Shown here: piece after piece, positions 25,136 to 39,837 of the stretch | Layout: every line of letters starts with the position of its first letter | Position numbering within the stretch: the stretch's first letter is position 1 | NCBI GenBank assembly: GCA_951406725.2 | Contig: OX597831.1 | Location: forward strand, 22,320,001 to 22,384,000 | Direction of reading: 5' to 3' | DNA length: 64,000 nt | Origin: Octopus vulgaris | Taxonomy: Eukaryota | Program-made: the position numbers and the translations under genes | The notes under the pieces: generated by a model | Seen by the model: the letters and a program-made list of their open reading frames with translations, nothing else | Told to the model about the DNA's origin: nothing | Database searches by the model: none

Positions 25136-26277
25136 TGATTGGGGATTTTTCCTTGTGTAGCATGTCCTGTACTCTGTTTTTCTGTTGTAAAAAAATGTTT
25201 TTCCCGTTTTCGTTTCTCGTCCAGTTCCACGTCTCTGTTTTTCTGTTGTAAAAAAATAGCTTTTCCGTTTTCGTTTCTCGTTGAGTTCTACGTCTAGTTG
25301 TGGTGTCCTATACTCACGTATTTATATTTATATATGTATGTATATATACATGTTGATGTAGGTACGTACATATATGTTTGTATGTATGCATATATTTTAT
25401 TTATTACACTATTGTCTGACAGCGCTTCGCGTCGGGATCATTTCGATTCGTCGCTTCGTTCCGTTTCTTATCCTCCCAGTATTGTTTTATATATAATTAT
25501 GACGCGAAATTCTCTCCCTTTGCTTTACCTTCCCCACTCTCTCTCCCTCTTCCTCATCTCTCTCTCAGCCGCATGTCTTCCTCTATCTCTCTTTCTCTCT
25601 CACTCCTCCTCACTTTTGTCACTGCTAGCCAAAACTATTTCCTTTTGCACATTGCTTTCACACTGTAAAGTCATGTTTCCATGCGCTGCTAGAACATCTT
25701 CCGTCTAAGCCAGAAAAAGGCCTTTTCGTTTGTTTTTCTCGTTTGTTTTCATGTTTATTTTGATTTCTCGTATTGTATTTTCTTTTTATTTCTCGCTTTG
25801 TATTTTCTTGTACATGTATTTTTATCTTGTATTTTATTGTGCAGTTTTATTGTTACGTCCTGTTTGTGTTACATTTTTTTTTTCGTGCTTGTTTTACCCC
25901 TCTGCGAGGTAATTTTATTTTAATTTTCTCGCAGGAAGGCCTAGTTTTGACGAGTCGTGTCCTGTCTTGCCTTCGAAACACGCTTGAGTCTACTAGTGAC
26001 AGCTGATGATTGGGGATTTTTCCTTGTGTAGCATGTCCTGTACTCTGTTTTTCTGTTATAAAAAAATGTTTTCCCGTTTTCGTTTCTCGTCCAGTTCCAC
26101 GTCTCTGTTTTTCTGTTGTAAAAAAATGGCTTTTCCGTTTTCGTTTCTCGTTGAGTTCTACGTCTAGTTGTGGTGTCCTGTACTCACGTATTTATATTTA
26201 TATATGCATGCATATATACATGTAGATGTAGGTACGTACATAAATGTTTGTATGTATGCATATATTTTTATTTATTA

Positions 26278-26283
<6 letters not shown>
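25136..26283 (+). mobile_element. Non-autonomous element, 871-bp unit with 277-bp terminal direct redundancy (pLTR-like)
   Basis: 25136-25412 closely matches 26007-26283; 3' end runs into (TA)n. Confidence 0.8.
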
Positions 26284-26326
<43 letters not shown>

Positions 26327-26900
26327 AAAATATAATACAAGACATTATGAGATAAATATGGTTAAAAATATACACTGCTATCGTCCATAAATCGATCAAG
26401 GTTTGTAGATATTCTCTGTTGCATGTTCTGGAACAAAAAGTAAAAAAAAAACGGATAATGCTGAGCCACTGTTGTCTCATTTTATAATAAGCAACACGGG
26501 ATGATGGGAATGGTGCTGTAACTGATAAGGTCATCATCACCGTGTGTATACAAGTGTAATGAAAAGAGTCCAAATGACAATAGTCAATTCAAAAGCAGGG
26601 AAATATACATGATTAGAAGCTGAGACTTCACAAAGTGTATTCAGACTTTCTTGCCGCCGACCTTCCAACTGTATATAAATACATACGTACGTACATACAT
26701 AAGTACATACATACATGCATGCATACATACATACATACATACATACATAAATACATACATGCATAAATACATACATACATACATACATACATACATACAT
26801 ACATACATACATGTATGCATGCATACATGCATAGGTATATACATGCATGCATGCATACATACATACGTTTACACATACATATATAGACACACACATATAA

Positions 26901-26949
<49 letters not shown>

Positions 26950-27208
26950 GTGTGTGTATGTATGTCTCCCTCTTTTTATCGATATATATACTTATATCTA
27001 TCTATATATAGAGAGATATATATGTATATGAGCATATATATATATATATATGTATGTATATGTATATAGATATATATGTATATGTGTATGTAAATGTATA
27101 TATATATAGATAGATAGATATATGTATCTATCTATCTATATATATATATAAATATAGGTATAGGCATAAATATATATGCATACATCATATGTCTATACAT
27201 ATATATAT

Positions 27209-27243
<35 letters not shown>

Positions 27244-28063
27244 CCCGTTCAGAAAGAAGGAGAAACATAAAGACAGAAAGGTAACAACAATGGTAATACC
27301 TTCTATCAGATGATCTTCGGTTTTCTTTGTGTGCATGTGTGCGTGTGTGTGAATGTGTGCGCACGTATACGCGTACGTGTGCGCGTTCTCGTGTATGTAC
27401 GTACGCATGCGTACGCACGCTGGCGCGTAATTACTGATCCGTACACCCATTCACACATACACCTACCTTACATTGTACGTATTTATCTATTCATGCATCC
27501 AGCAATCTCTCACTCCTTCTTCTCCCCACCCCGCTCACTCCCCATTCTCTAAATCTCAACCTCTCCCCTCTCCCCACCCCTTCTCTCCATTTTCTTCCTC
27601 TCTCTTTCTCTCTCTTTCTTCTCTGATGATAACCATAAAAGTCATTAACCGAATTCCGTCAGTCGGGTACCGATCGATACATCGAAGGAATGGATTGGGT
27701 AGATTGTAAGAGGAATGTGAAATGTTGGATAAGGCAAAGTGTTGTTGTCTTTTGGTGCGTTGGAGTCGGGTACACAGCTAAAAAGATAGGGGTGGATGTG
27801 GTACGGGAAGGATATGGACCTGTAGTGTGTGAGTGTGTGTGTATGCGTGTAAGTATGTATGTGTGTGTGTATTTGCATGTATATGAATGTGCATGCGTAA
27901 GATGTATAAGATGTATGTAATGTGTGTGATTCGGCGTAAGGCATGTAATGTGTGCGTATGATATGTTATGTGCAAGATGTGAGATGTATGCGTGAAGGTT
28001 GTTTCAGATTTGGGTTGTGTCAGTTGTGTTGGCCTGTTTGTGTTTATGTGTGTGTGTGTGTGC

Positions 28064-28138
<75 letters not shown>

Positions 28139-29028
28139 GTGTGTGCAAGATGAGGGATGTGAGATGTATATGCAAGACGTGTGTGGTATGTGGCAGAAAG
28201 ATGTTGCATTTGAACATAAGATGTGTGTGTATATATGTGTGCATGAGTGTGTTTGCTGTGCACGTGCAACATGCCTGAAGTGTATATTTGGCGTATATAT
28301 CAGTGTGTGTGTATGTGCAAGTTTGCGTGTATATATGTGTGTGTGATGCTTGTATATGTGTATGCATGTCTGTATGCGAAAGACCTGTAGATGCGTATGT
28401 ATGCGTGCATGTATGTATACATGTAGGTACGTATGTATGCATGCATGTATGAATGTATGCATGTATCGATGAATGTATGTATGTATGCTTTTATGTGTGT
28501 ATACTTGTGTGTATCTATGTATGTATGTATATAGGTACGTACGCGTGTGTGCATGTATGTATGCATGTATGTATGTACAGGTGTGCGTGTGTGTGCATGA
28601 ATGTATGTAGGTACGTATGTATGTATGTATGTTTATATGTATGTATTTATGCATGTAGGTATGTAATTGCATGTACGTCAGTGCGTTCAGCATGTTGCAT
28701 GAGCTGCATGTATACATATGAGTATCTGTAGAATAATGTTCTGGAATACCCCGCACCCACAGGCACAGACACACACGCACAAAATCACACAGACACACAC
28801 ACACGTACACACGCAGGCAAGCGTAAGAATCGCTCCTGGAGATTTCACATTTCCTCGCTTAATACGTTTCCTAGTAAAGCCCTCCGGAGGTATTTTCTCT
28901 CACTTTGCTATGCATTCCACCTTTATATAATTGCTCTCGCTTCATTTCTCTCGTCAGTTCCGGTCGCCTCATTATCAATCCCTAGAATATGACTGGTATG
29001 TGTGTATGTGTATATATATATATATGTA

Positions 29029-29075
<47 letters not shown>

Positions 29076-29078
29076 GTG

Positions 29079-29123
<45 letters not shown>

Positions 29124-29350
29124 CTATATATATATACACATACATATATATATATATATATAAATTTTGTAATTATGAGTATAATTATAATTAGGGTTCA
29201 GCAAAAATTTGCTTCACCACATACCGAAATTTAGAAATATCAGTTAAAGTTTTAAATTTTATATATAAGTTTATCGATAATGGTTCTTTTAACATACCGA
29301 ACTACTTGGTAAAATTATTAATCATTAATTAATGAATTAATTTTACCCTT

Positions 29351-29427
<77 letters not shown>

Positions 29428-29530
29428 GGCAGGTGGCTTGGTGATCAGTGTATTCGGCGTATTAGCTCTCGTATGTTCGCTCTCGTATATATATATATAT
29501 ATATACACATACATATATACATATATATAT

Positions 29531-29825
29531 ATGAAGGCAGATGGCTTGGTGATTAGTGTATTCGGCGTATTCGCTCTCGTATTTTCGCGAGTTCGATTCA
29601 CAGTGGCGCGTTGTATCCTTGAGCCAGATACTTTATTGCACGGTGCCCCAGACCACTCAGCTGGCAAACTTGAGTAGTATATGCATTTCAAGGGTTCAGC
29701 CTTGTCAAACACAGCGTCACGCTGAATCTCATTGAGAAGTAATTGAAGGGGTACGCGTGTCGGTGGTGGCTGTTCTGATGATTGGATCAATTAGAACCCA
29801 CGTCTACGTAAGCGACGGAGTGCCA
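29531..29825 (+). mobile_element. Diverged tRNA-derived SINE with a family B-like tail; head duplicated at 29423-29490
   Basis: TGGCTTGGTG...GAGTTCGATTC head; ATTTCAAGGG..AGCCTTGTCA..GTCACGCTGAATCTC tail. Confidence 0.7.
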
Positions 29826-29881
29826 ATTACACACACACACACAGACACACGCACATACACACACACATACACACATATCTC

Positions 29882-30272
29882 TTTAACTCTCTTTTACTTG
29901 TTTCAGTCATTTGACTGCGGCCATGCTGGAGCACCGCCTTTAATCGAGCAACTCGACCCCGGGACTTATTCTTTTTTGTAAGCCCAGTACTTATTCTATC
30001 GGTCTCTTTTGCCGAACCGCTAAGTGACGGGGACGTAAACACACCAGCATCGGTTGTCAAGCAATGCTAGGGGGACAAACACACACACGCATATATATAC
30101 ATATATACGACGGGCTTCTTTTCAGTTTCCGTCTACCAAATCCACTCACAAGGCTTTGGTCGGCCCGAGGCTATAGTAGAAGACACTTGCCCAAGGTGCC
30201 ACGCAGTGGGACTGAACCCGGAACCATGTGGTTGGTTAGCAAGCTACTTACCACACAGTCACTCCTGCGCCT
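29882..30272 (-). mobile_element. SINE family A, full length
   Basis: Complete head-to-tail match to 37143-37563. Confidence 0.9.
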
Positions 30273-30286
30273 GTGTATATATATAT

Positions 30287-30767
30287 GATTTTGATTTTGA
30301 TTTTGATTTTTGATTTTTCCAGTTTCAGCTAATGAGCTGTGGCCATGCTGGGGCACCGCCATTTGGTTTGCTACACGATTTTACCTCATGGATGCTTTTT
30401 AGCAAACGCCATCTGATGCATGAGAGAGTTCGATACAGCTGCCCTCATCTGCACCTCCTGCCGTGAAGTTGGTTCATCCGGGACACCTGACAGGAAGAGA
30501 TCCAGTCCTACTTTAAAGACATCCGCATCTACACCATGCAGGTCCCTCAGGTTCTTCGGGAGGATATTGAAGAGCCGTACGCCTCTGAAGCCCAGGCTAT
30601 CACAATATCTTGTCCTACATCTTGATGGCAAATTTGGAGTCCTTGGTACTACGCAGTGGCGTCCGGTTCTGGCATTTGTGTGACTCTCGATGCCAAAGTC
30701 TGGGACAAGACCTTCCAGGATCTTCCAGATATATATTATGGCATATCTTTCTCGCCTACGCTCCAGG

Positions 30768-30770
<3 letters not shown>
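30287..30770 (-). mobile_element. CR1/L2-group LINE 3' fragment, same family as 10733-12947
   Basis: YSLERRRERYAIIYIWKILEG...GVPDEP motifs; (AAAATC)n tail. Confidence 0.92.
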
Positions 30771-30827
<57 letters not shown>

Positions 30828-31296
30828 TTTGTAAATGCGCTTGTCTGTTAACTACATAAGTTTGTCACTACAGCATTTACTAGTGCTCATTGTTTTTTTC
30901 CCGTTACGAGGGCTTATATGCTCGAATATTAGACTAATAGCTGATCACGTGCGTATGCAATGGCGGCTAATTGTTATATATTATATATAAAGTACAAAAT
31001 AATGAGCATAATCACATATACAAACATGCACATAGTTCCCTTGCATACATACACACACACACACACACACGTACCCTTGAAATGCTGACCGTTTTATTTT
31101 CACCCCTTCCTTCCCTATTCATCTATCACCCCTTCCTTTCTCTTATTGCTCTTACTTTCTATCACTTCTCTAAGTCAGGGCTATTACTCTCACTACTTTT
31201 CCTTCACTGAATTACTATTTGCTCTCCTCCTCCGCGTCCGGCGTGATTCTGTTTCCAAAATTTCACTTGCTGCACAATTCACACACACACGCGCAC

Positions 31297-31360
<64 letters not shown>

Positions 31361-31794
31361 CATATATGTATATATATATCCATACATACATACGTGTATC
31401 CGTTTATATGCACGCGCGCGTGCACACAAACAGTCACACATGTATATACTTGCATACATAAAGATATATCCATATTATCACATATCTTAAAGACATTTTT
31501 AATGGAGGGTCTTAGACATGTGCTAACAATCTGTACTGAGCCAGAAAGCCATCGTCTACTCAGCACATTTCTGACATTTAAAATCCACTGAGCGGTTAAT
31601 TCGATAACTCATAATTGACTAGGAATTCAGAAAATTGCTCAAGTTGCGTATCCTATAATGAGGACAATTATTAAAGAAAAAGATAGCGAACCTCAAAGCC
31701 ATGCAGTTTATGACACAAACCTTGATGAGCTGAGTTTTATGCAAGATTTGAGGAACTTGGAGCGAAATATATATGCATAAATATATATATGTAT

Positions 31795-31997
31795 TGTTTT
31801 ATTCTTTTACTTAAGTCATTTGACAGCAGCCATGCTGGAGCACCACCTTTAGTCGAACACACCGACTCATGGACTTAGTCTTTGTAAGCCTAGTACTTAT
31901 TATATCGGACTCTTTTGCTGAACCGCTAATTAACTGGGACGTAAACATACCAGCTTCGGTTGTCAAGCGATGGGGGGGGGGATAACATACACACACA

Positions 31998-32053
<56 letters not shown>

Positions 32054-32392
32054 ATCCAAACAAGAAAGCACAAAAAAAAACACAACAACGCGAGGACGTA
32101 GAACAAATATAGTATTATTGGACGCTCAGGAAAGAAGGAAAGAAGGAGGGTTTAACGTTTCGAGCGGAGCTCTTCGTCGGAAACATAGGAGAAGGAAAGA
32201 TCCAGAGAAGGGAAGACAGAGGAAATATTCGACGAGTTTGTCTCAGTTTCCATCTACCAAATCCACTAACAAGGTCTTAGTCGGCACGAGGCTGTAGTAA
32301 AAGACACTTTCCCAAGGTGCCACTCAGCGGGAGTGAACCCAAAACCAGTTGGTTGGGAAGCAAGCTTCTTGCCACACAGCCACGTCTACGCC
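31795..32392 (-). mobile_element. SINE family A interrupted by a hammerhead-bearing fragment (~32050-32225)
   Basis: Family A head at ~32235-32392 and tail at ~31795-32000. Confidence 0.75.
32150..32184 (-). ncRNA. Minimal PLE-type type I hammerhead (variant core)
   Basis: GUUU-CCGACGA-A-GAGC(UCC)GCUC-GAAA-CGUU-AAAC; stem I GUUU/AAAC; palindromic ACGU stem III. Confidence 0.6.
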
Positions 32393-32474
32393 TATACACA
32401 CACACACACCACAGGCATATATATATGTATATATACATACATATATGTGTGTGTGTATGTGGTGTATATATATA

Positions 32475-32711
32475 CAGAGTTGGCCAAAAGCCACTCGACA
32501 GCAAATCAAAACTATATAAATACTTAATATTCAATTTTATTTATTTATTCTAATTTTGAATATTTAATAATTGAATACTGTGAGTTAAAACCACCGTTTT
32601 TTTTGCAACATTTCTCTATTTATTAGCGAAGTCTTATGAAATAATTTTTTGCTTTAATATTGGAGTTAAATGGTTTTCGATTTGCTGTCGGGTGACTTTT
32701 GGCCAATCCTG
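32475..32711. mobile_element. MITE of Tc1/mariner type
   Basis: ~38-bp imperfect TIRs CAGAGTTGGCCAAAAGCCACTCGACAGCAAATC / GATTTGCTGTCGGGTGACTTTTGGCCAATCCTG with TA on both sides. Confidence 0.8.
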
Positions 32712-33057
32712 TATATATACGTATGTGTGTACGTATGTGTGTATGTATGTATGTATGTATGTATGTATGTATGTATGTATGTATGTATGTATGTATGTAT
32801 GTATGTATGTATGTATGTATGTATGTATGTATGTATGTATGTATGTATGTATGTTGGTATGTATGTAAGTGTGTATGTTGGTATGTATGTATGTTAGTAT
32901 ATTTGTAGCTGCTTGCAATTAAAATTATATATTTCTATATTTCTATACACTCACCTACATATACATGCATACACACAGACAAGCAGATATATTTATGCAT
33001 TTTTCTGTGTACGTGTTTGTGTATTACATACGTACACACACACACACACACTCATAC

Positions 33058-33088
<31 letters not shown>

Positions 33089-33290
33089 CATACATACATA
33101 CATACATACATACGTACGTACATACATACATATATACATATATATATATATTTATACATACGTACACATATGAAAATATGTATATATGTATATAAATATA
33201 TGTATACACACGTGATTTTATATTTGTATAGACGTCACTATTTCTCTCTCTCTCACTCTCTCTCTCTCTATATATATATCTTTATATATG

Positions 33291-33369
<79 letters not shown>

Positions 33370-33383
33370 TTATATACATACAT

Positions 33384-33464
<81 letters not shown>

Positions 33465-34590
33465 CTTATATATATATATATAAATATAGTTGTGCCTGTT
33501 CAAAGGGTGTAATTTAATGTGAGATTAATATAGCAATGAAAGCTGATTGCTGAACGAAGGAACGGGTAGGAGAGTAAGTAAAGGTAGGGGAGAAGTTATT
33601 GATCTCAGATAGAGATGAAAAAAAAGAAAAAGAAAAAGAAAAAGAAAAAGAATAACTAGAAATATTAATCAATAACTTATGCTGGATTTGATCCTACTTC
33701 ATGCGTGTGTTGAGTGTGAGGCTGGAAATAGGCGTCTTTAATAAGAACAAAGATCTATCACTCTGACTCTCCCCCGCTCCCATTCCCCCTCGCTCTGTTT
33801 CTCTATTAGAGTAATCTATTTATATTTCATGAACCTCCCTATATCTCACCTTCCCCTATGTACTATGCGTTACTTTTGTTGTTGTTGCTGCTATTGTAGT
33901 TGTGGTTGTGGTTGTGGTTGTGGTTGTTTTTCTCACGTCCTTATGATCAAACACATTCTTTGATACGACCATCCCATCGATTGCTTTTCAGGAATTTTTA
34001 ATAACAGTTTATATTATTCACAATGTCTTCACACTTTTCATATGATTTGTGTGACATTTGGTTAGTATTTCTAGCGGGTCATACGACCACGTCTTTTTCC
34101 CGCACTGTTTTGTTCCTCGTGTATTCTTTTGTTCTTTTATATGTTTCAGCCGTGACGCTGCGGCAATGCTGGGGTACAACGGTACCTTAACACGGATCCC
34201 TAAATCCAGATTTCGCCGCGATCTTGGGTCCCAGCTGTCGGTCAACTCCACCACTTACCTAGCGCACCTATTCGTTAAGATCACAAGTGAACTGAAACCT
34301 TCATATTCTTTATATATATATATGTATATGTAGGAGACCAAAGTGTACGCCGCTATATTTTTATTCATAAAAAATACAAAAAACGCAATACAAGAACGCA
34401 AAACATCTAGACAGACGATACAAAGAAATCAAGGACGGGTCATTGAGAGTTTTCTTGTATCGTCTGTCTGGATGTTTTGTCTTTTTTCTATCACCTAACT
34501 GTCTGGATGTTTTGCGTACTTGTCCTATTTTTGTATATTTTATATATATGTATATATATGTATATATGTATATGTGCGTAATTATGTATT

Positions 34591-34621
<31 letters not shown>

Positions 34622-34629
34622 TGTTTGTT

Positions 34630-34920
34630 CTTTCTTGAGCCACACCTGGCTCATAAGGGTCGGTTTCCTGGTTTCATTGGTGTATTGGTTCCCCACCTGA
34701 ACGGGACGCCGGTCCATCTTGAGCTGCAAGATACAGGAGGAAAGAGCCAGAGAAAGTTGTGGCGAAAGAGTCTGCAAAAGTTTGCCGTTACCTTCTGCCG
34801 GAGCCGCGCGGAACTTAGGTGTTTCGCTCATAAACACACACACCGCCCGGTCTGAGATTCGAAACCGCGATCCCTCGACCGCAAGTCCGCTGCTCTAACC
34901 ACTAGGCCATGTGCCTCCAC
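34630..34920 (-). mobile_element. tRNA-derived SINE (family B-like head with a different tail)
   Basis: Head GTGGAGGCACATGGCCTAGTGGTTAGAGCAGCGG...GGTTTCGAATC; tail resembles 5040-5130. Confidence 0.8.
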
Positions 34921-34931
34921 GTATGTATATG

Positions 34932-35631
<700 letters not shown>

Positions 35632-35750
35632 TTTGAATTAGTTTTCTCCTTTCTAGTTTTGAGAAGCCTAATTTCTCAAGATTGGTATTTAGGCAGTGTG
35701 TTACATATCCCAGGGTCCCAATAATTATAGGTATACACCTGAACTTGTAA
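35632..35750 (-). pseudogene. R4/Dong-like LINE C-terminal relic
   Basis: IPIIIGTLGYVTHCLNTNLEKLGFSKLERRKLI; same family as 58096-58303. Confidence 0.7.
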
Positions 35751-36139
35751 TGTATGTATGTATGTATGTATGTATTTACAGCAAGATGGATGTAGATATA
35801 TGTATAGTCAAGTCATCCTCGTCGTCGTCGTCGTTGGCGGTGGTAGTGGCGGCGGCGGCGGCTATATCTCGTATCCAAGTATTTATTTTCTTCGTTGCCA
35901 AGCGCTTCCTTTATGGTGATACTATTGGTGACTCTCTTTCCCAATTCTCGCATAGAAAAGTCGATGGCATTGACTGCATGGCAATGTTGGCGGAGGATGA
36001 GGTTGATTTTGTCGAGCCTTTCTTTAATTTTCTTTTCTTCTCTCTTATGGTGGCTTCGAAGTCTTTGGTTCCGATGGTGATGGTATTCCACGAATTGGTA
36101 CGCTCCCAGGCTTCTGTTTCAAACGATTTAGGATCAGTT

Positions 36140-36420
36140 CCAGTAGCAACTTTATCCAGAACCTCAATATACACAGCAGCACTCACCCTACGGTCTTGTG
36201 GAAAAAAGTGAGGTGGCATCACATGTTCTTCATTACTAACAGCACCCAAAACGATGACAGTTGCAGGAGAGTTTGTGTGCGTTATTCTTGGAACCTTAGA
36301 AGGGTCTGCACATAGCCATCTCTCATTTCTTCTGTTCGTTCTCCGGTCCTAGTTAAAGCTTTTCGCGTCTGACAAAAACCAAATCACACCATGATTGTGA
36401 TGGATTTTTAAGTTTCTGTA
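36140..36420 (-). pseudogene. Tc1/mariner superfamily (maT/DD37D-like) transposase relic
   Basis: WFLSDAKSFN ... VIVLGAVSNEEHVMPPHFFPQ..VSAAVYIEVLDKV. Confidence 0.7.
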
Positions 36421-36447
36421 TGTATGTACGTATGTATGTGTGCATGT

Positions 36448-36830
36448 ATGACTAGTCTCGAACATCGCTGTCTCAGGGGGGATATGATCAACATGTATAT
36501 GTATACGCACGGCCTGAACCTGACCAACCGCCCCCAATTCAACTACTTCCAAAGCAGAAATATGAGAGGACACAGTCTGAAATTGGAAAGATTACACTGC
36601 AGGCTCAACATTAGAAGCTGCTTTTTCGTACAGCGTGTGACCTCCACCTGGAACAGTCTGCCAAACACTGTGGTTGCAGCTCCATCAGTCAATGCCTTCA
36701 AGAACAGGCTTGACGTACACTGAGGGAGCTTCCTGCAAAATTTGACCCTGTCTGTTACTATTAGCTACAACAGTCGAAGAGTTGTACCGCACATGACAAA
36801 TTAATTGTCCTAGTGGAAAAGGACCTGTGA
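36448..36830 (+). pseudogene. CR1-like LINE 3' relic (second family)
   Basis: SLEHRCLRGDMI...RGHSLKL...FFVQRVTSTWNSLP..VVAAPSVNAFKNRLD. Confidence 0.85.
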
Positions 36831-37142
36831 ATAAGCTTCTAGGAGCTTCAACACGGAAACCATCCAGTATTCAGTATATATGTATATGCGTGTGCTTATG
36901 TGTGCTTGTGAATGCTGTGTGTGTGTGTGTGTGTGTGTCTGTGTGTGTGCGTGCGTGCGTGTTATTTGTCTCTTTTCATCTGAGGATCCCTGTTAATTTC
37001 TTTTCAGAAAGGATGTTTTGATCGAAAATTCAAGAACAAAATCCGATAAAACTATTTTTCTTCTTGATCTTATTTTATTTTTCCTTTCAAATTCGCTCAA
37101 ATCCGTTAAAAATATCTAAATAAATAAAATAAGTAAAAACAT

Positions 37143-37308
37143 AGGCGCAGGAGTGGCTGTGTGGTAAATAGCTTGCTTAGCAACCACATGGTTCCGGGTT
37201 CAGTCTTACTGCGTGACACCTTGGGCAAGTGTCTTCTATTATAGCTTCGGGCCGACCAAAGCCTTGTGAGCGGATTTGGTAGACGGAAACTGAAAGAAGC
37301 CCGTCGTA

Positions 37309-37346
<38 letters not shown>

Positions 37347-37563
37347 TGTGTGCGTGTGTGCGTGTGTGTTTGTCCCCTAACATCGCTTGACAACCGATGG
37401 TGATGTGTTTACGTCCCGTCACTTAGCGATTCGGCAAAAGAGACCGATAGAATAAGTACTAGGCTTACAAAGAATAAGTCTTTGGGTCGATTTGCTCGAC
37501 GAAAGGCGGTGCTCCAGCATGGCCGCAGTCAAACGACTGAAACAAGTAAAAGAGCAAAAAGAG
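37143..37563 (+). mobile_element. SINE family A, full length (tRNA-derived head, internal microsatellite, LINE-like tail)
   Basis: AGGCGCAGGAGTGGCTGTGTGGT...GGTTCCGGGTTCAGTC head; GGCGGTGCTCCAGCATGGCCGCAGTC...CTGAAACAAGTAAAAGAG tail. Confidence 0.9.
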
Positions 37564-38109
37564 TACGTAAAATGAAACTGAAAATAAAACCGAACAGTAA
37601 CAACCTCAGAATGATTTTGGGGATGGAAACTAAATCAAAATTCATAACATTAACCTGTCAGCATTTAAACAAACCTGATCCGGCATCTCACACCTACCAC
37701 ACAATATATCGTTCTAAACATAGTTTCCATCGCATCACCGAAATCTCAAAGCTCGGAAATGATTCATGGAAACCTCAAAACAGTGTGAATAAATAATCTT
37801 TACATTTGTGTGAAATTTTAATGCGAAATGGTTTAAGTTAAAAGATAGGCATTGAAGTGAGAGAATTAGAACTGTAATACCCGTAAAAGCTGTTAAGAAT
37901 AGATGAAACCAATAAATTTAGATACTGAGATGAAAGTGTTGGAACTAGAATAGCTGTATAAATTGTTAAGAAGAGATGAAACTGATAATATATTTGTGTA
38001 CGACAATGAAGAATTCAATAAGAAAAGGTAATTGAGAAAAGCTAAATTGGTATTAGAAGAATAATCGTATACCAGAAATAAGGTACAAATATAAGACGTA
38101 TTATGATAT

Positions 38110-38334
38110 CTTTTATCTTTTGTCATGTCTTGTTTCAGTCATTTGACTGCGGCCATGCTGGGGCATCACCTTGAAGAATTTTCAGTTGAATGTATCGTCC
38201 CCGCCCCCAATACTTATTTTTATAAGCATGGCACTTATTCTATAAGTTATATTTGCCGAACTGCTATGTTACGGGGACTTAAGCATACCAACACCGGTTG
38301 TCAAGCGGTGGTGAGGAAGAATCACAGAAACAAA

Positions 38335-38392
<58 letters not shown>

Positions 38393-38565
38393 TGCATATA
38401 TACATATATACGACGGGCTTCTTTCAGTTTCCGTCTACCAAATCCACTCAGAAGGCTTTGGTCAGCCCGAAGCTATAGTAGAAGACACTTGCCTAAGGTG
38501 CCACGCAGTGGGACTGAACCCGGAAGCATGTGGTTGGTAAACAAGCTACTTACCACACAGCCACA
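38110..38565 (-). mobile_element. SINE family A
   Basis: Head and tail motifs as in 37143-37563. Confidence 0.85.
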
Positions 38566-38618
38566 CCATATCTCTGTCTGTCTGTCTCTGTCTCTGTTTG
38601 TCTGTCTCTGTCTCTGTC

Positions 38619-38663
<45 letters not shown>

Positions 38664-38684
38664 GTCTGTCTGTCTGTGTCTGTT

Positions 38685-38729
<45 letters not shown>

Positions 38730-38898
38730 GCATATATATACATACATATGGACACACATATACATACATATATATATATACACATACGTACACACACACA
38801 CAAATATACATATAAAATATAATGATATTATTTACAACAATAGCAGTGGCTTAGGATGCGTAAAAAACCGTAAAGGTAAATATAATTATTCATTAATT

Positions 38899-39214
38899 AT
38901 GAAGGGTACTAAAGGTAGTACCAGCATGCTAAAATAGCAGTCAAAACCGATTTTTAGGCATCAAATTTTCACTTCAACACAAACTGAACAAAATAACTTT
39001 AAAACCCTATACAAATGACGAAAAAAATTGTACATTGGAAATTAAAAAATTGAAACAGTTGTATTTACGAGTTTTTTCGTTATTTGTATAGGGTCTTGGT
39101 ATTATTTTGCTCATTGCCCCGAATTCCCCTTTTGTGCGTAAGTGAAAATTTGTGGCCTTAAGTCGTTTTTGACTGCTATTTTAGCATGGTGGTGCTATCT
39201 CTAGTACCCGTCAT
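38899..39214 (+). repeat. ~316-nt imperfect fold-back (long hairpin)
   Basis: GGGTACTA..CATGCTAAAATAGCAGTCAAAA..AAATTTTCACTT..ACCCTATACAAATGACGAAAAAA is mirrored in the right half. Confidence 0.88.
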
Positions 39215-39385
39215 TATCAATACACACACACATATACACACAATTAAATATGTGATATGGGAATAAGAATTTGTTGAGCTTCATGATGACAATTTTTTAT
39301 TCCCTTGTCATTTATTTAATTTCTCATTACTTCTCTGTACTCAATTGACCTTTTGTTCTGAAGCACATATATATATATAGATAGA

Positions 39386-39766
39386 AGCACTCCGTCGGTT
39401 ACGACGACGAGGGTTCCGGTTGATCCGAATCAACGGAACAGCCTGCTCGTGAAATTAACGTGTAAGTGGCTGAGCACTCCATAGACACGTGTACCCTTAA
39501 CGTAGTTCTCGGGGATATTCAGCGTGACACAGAGAGTGACAAGGCCGGCCCTTTGAAATACAGGTACAACAGAAACAGGAAGTAAGAGTGAGAGAAAGTT
39601 GTGGTGAAAGAGTACAGCAGGGATCACCACCATCCCCTGCCGGAGCCTCGTGGAGCTTTAGGTGTTTTCGCTCAATAAACACTCACAACGCCCGGTCTGG
39701 GAATCGAAACCGCGATCCTATGACCGCGAGTCCGCTGCCCTAACCACTGGGCCATTGCGCCTCCAC
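39386..39766 (-). mobile_element. SINE family B, full length
   Basis: Reverse-complement match to 5528-5917. Confidence 0.9.
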
Positions 39767-39837
39767 GTACATATATATATATATTACCAGCACAATGACA
39801 CAGTCATCTCCGACTGTTCAGTCCTTGCCAAATCTGA

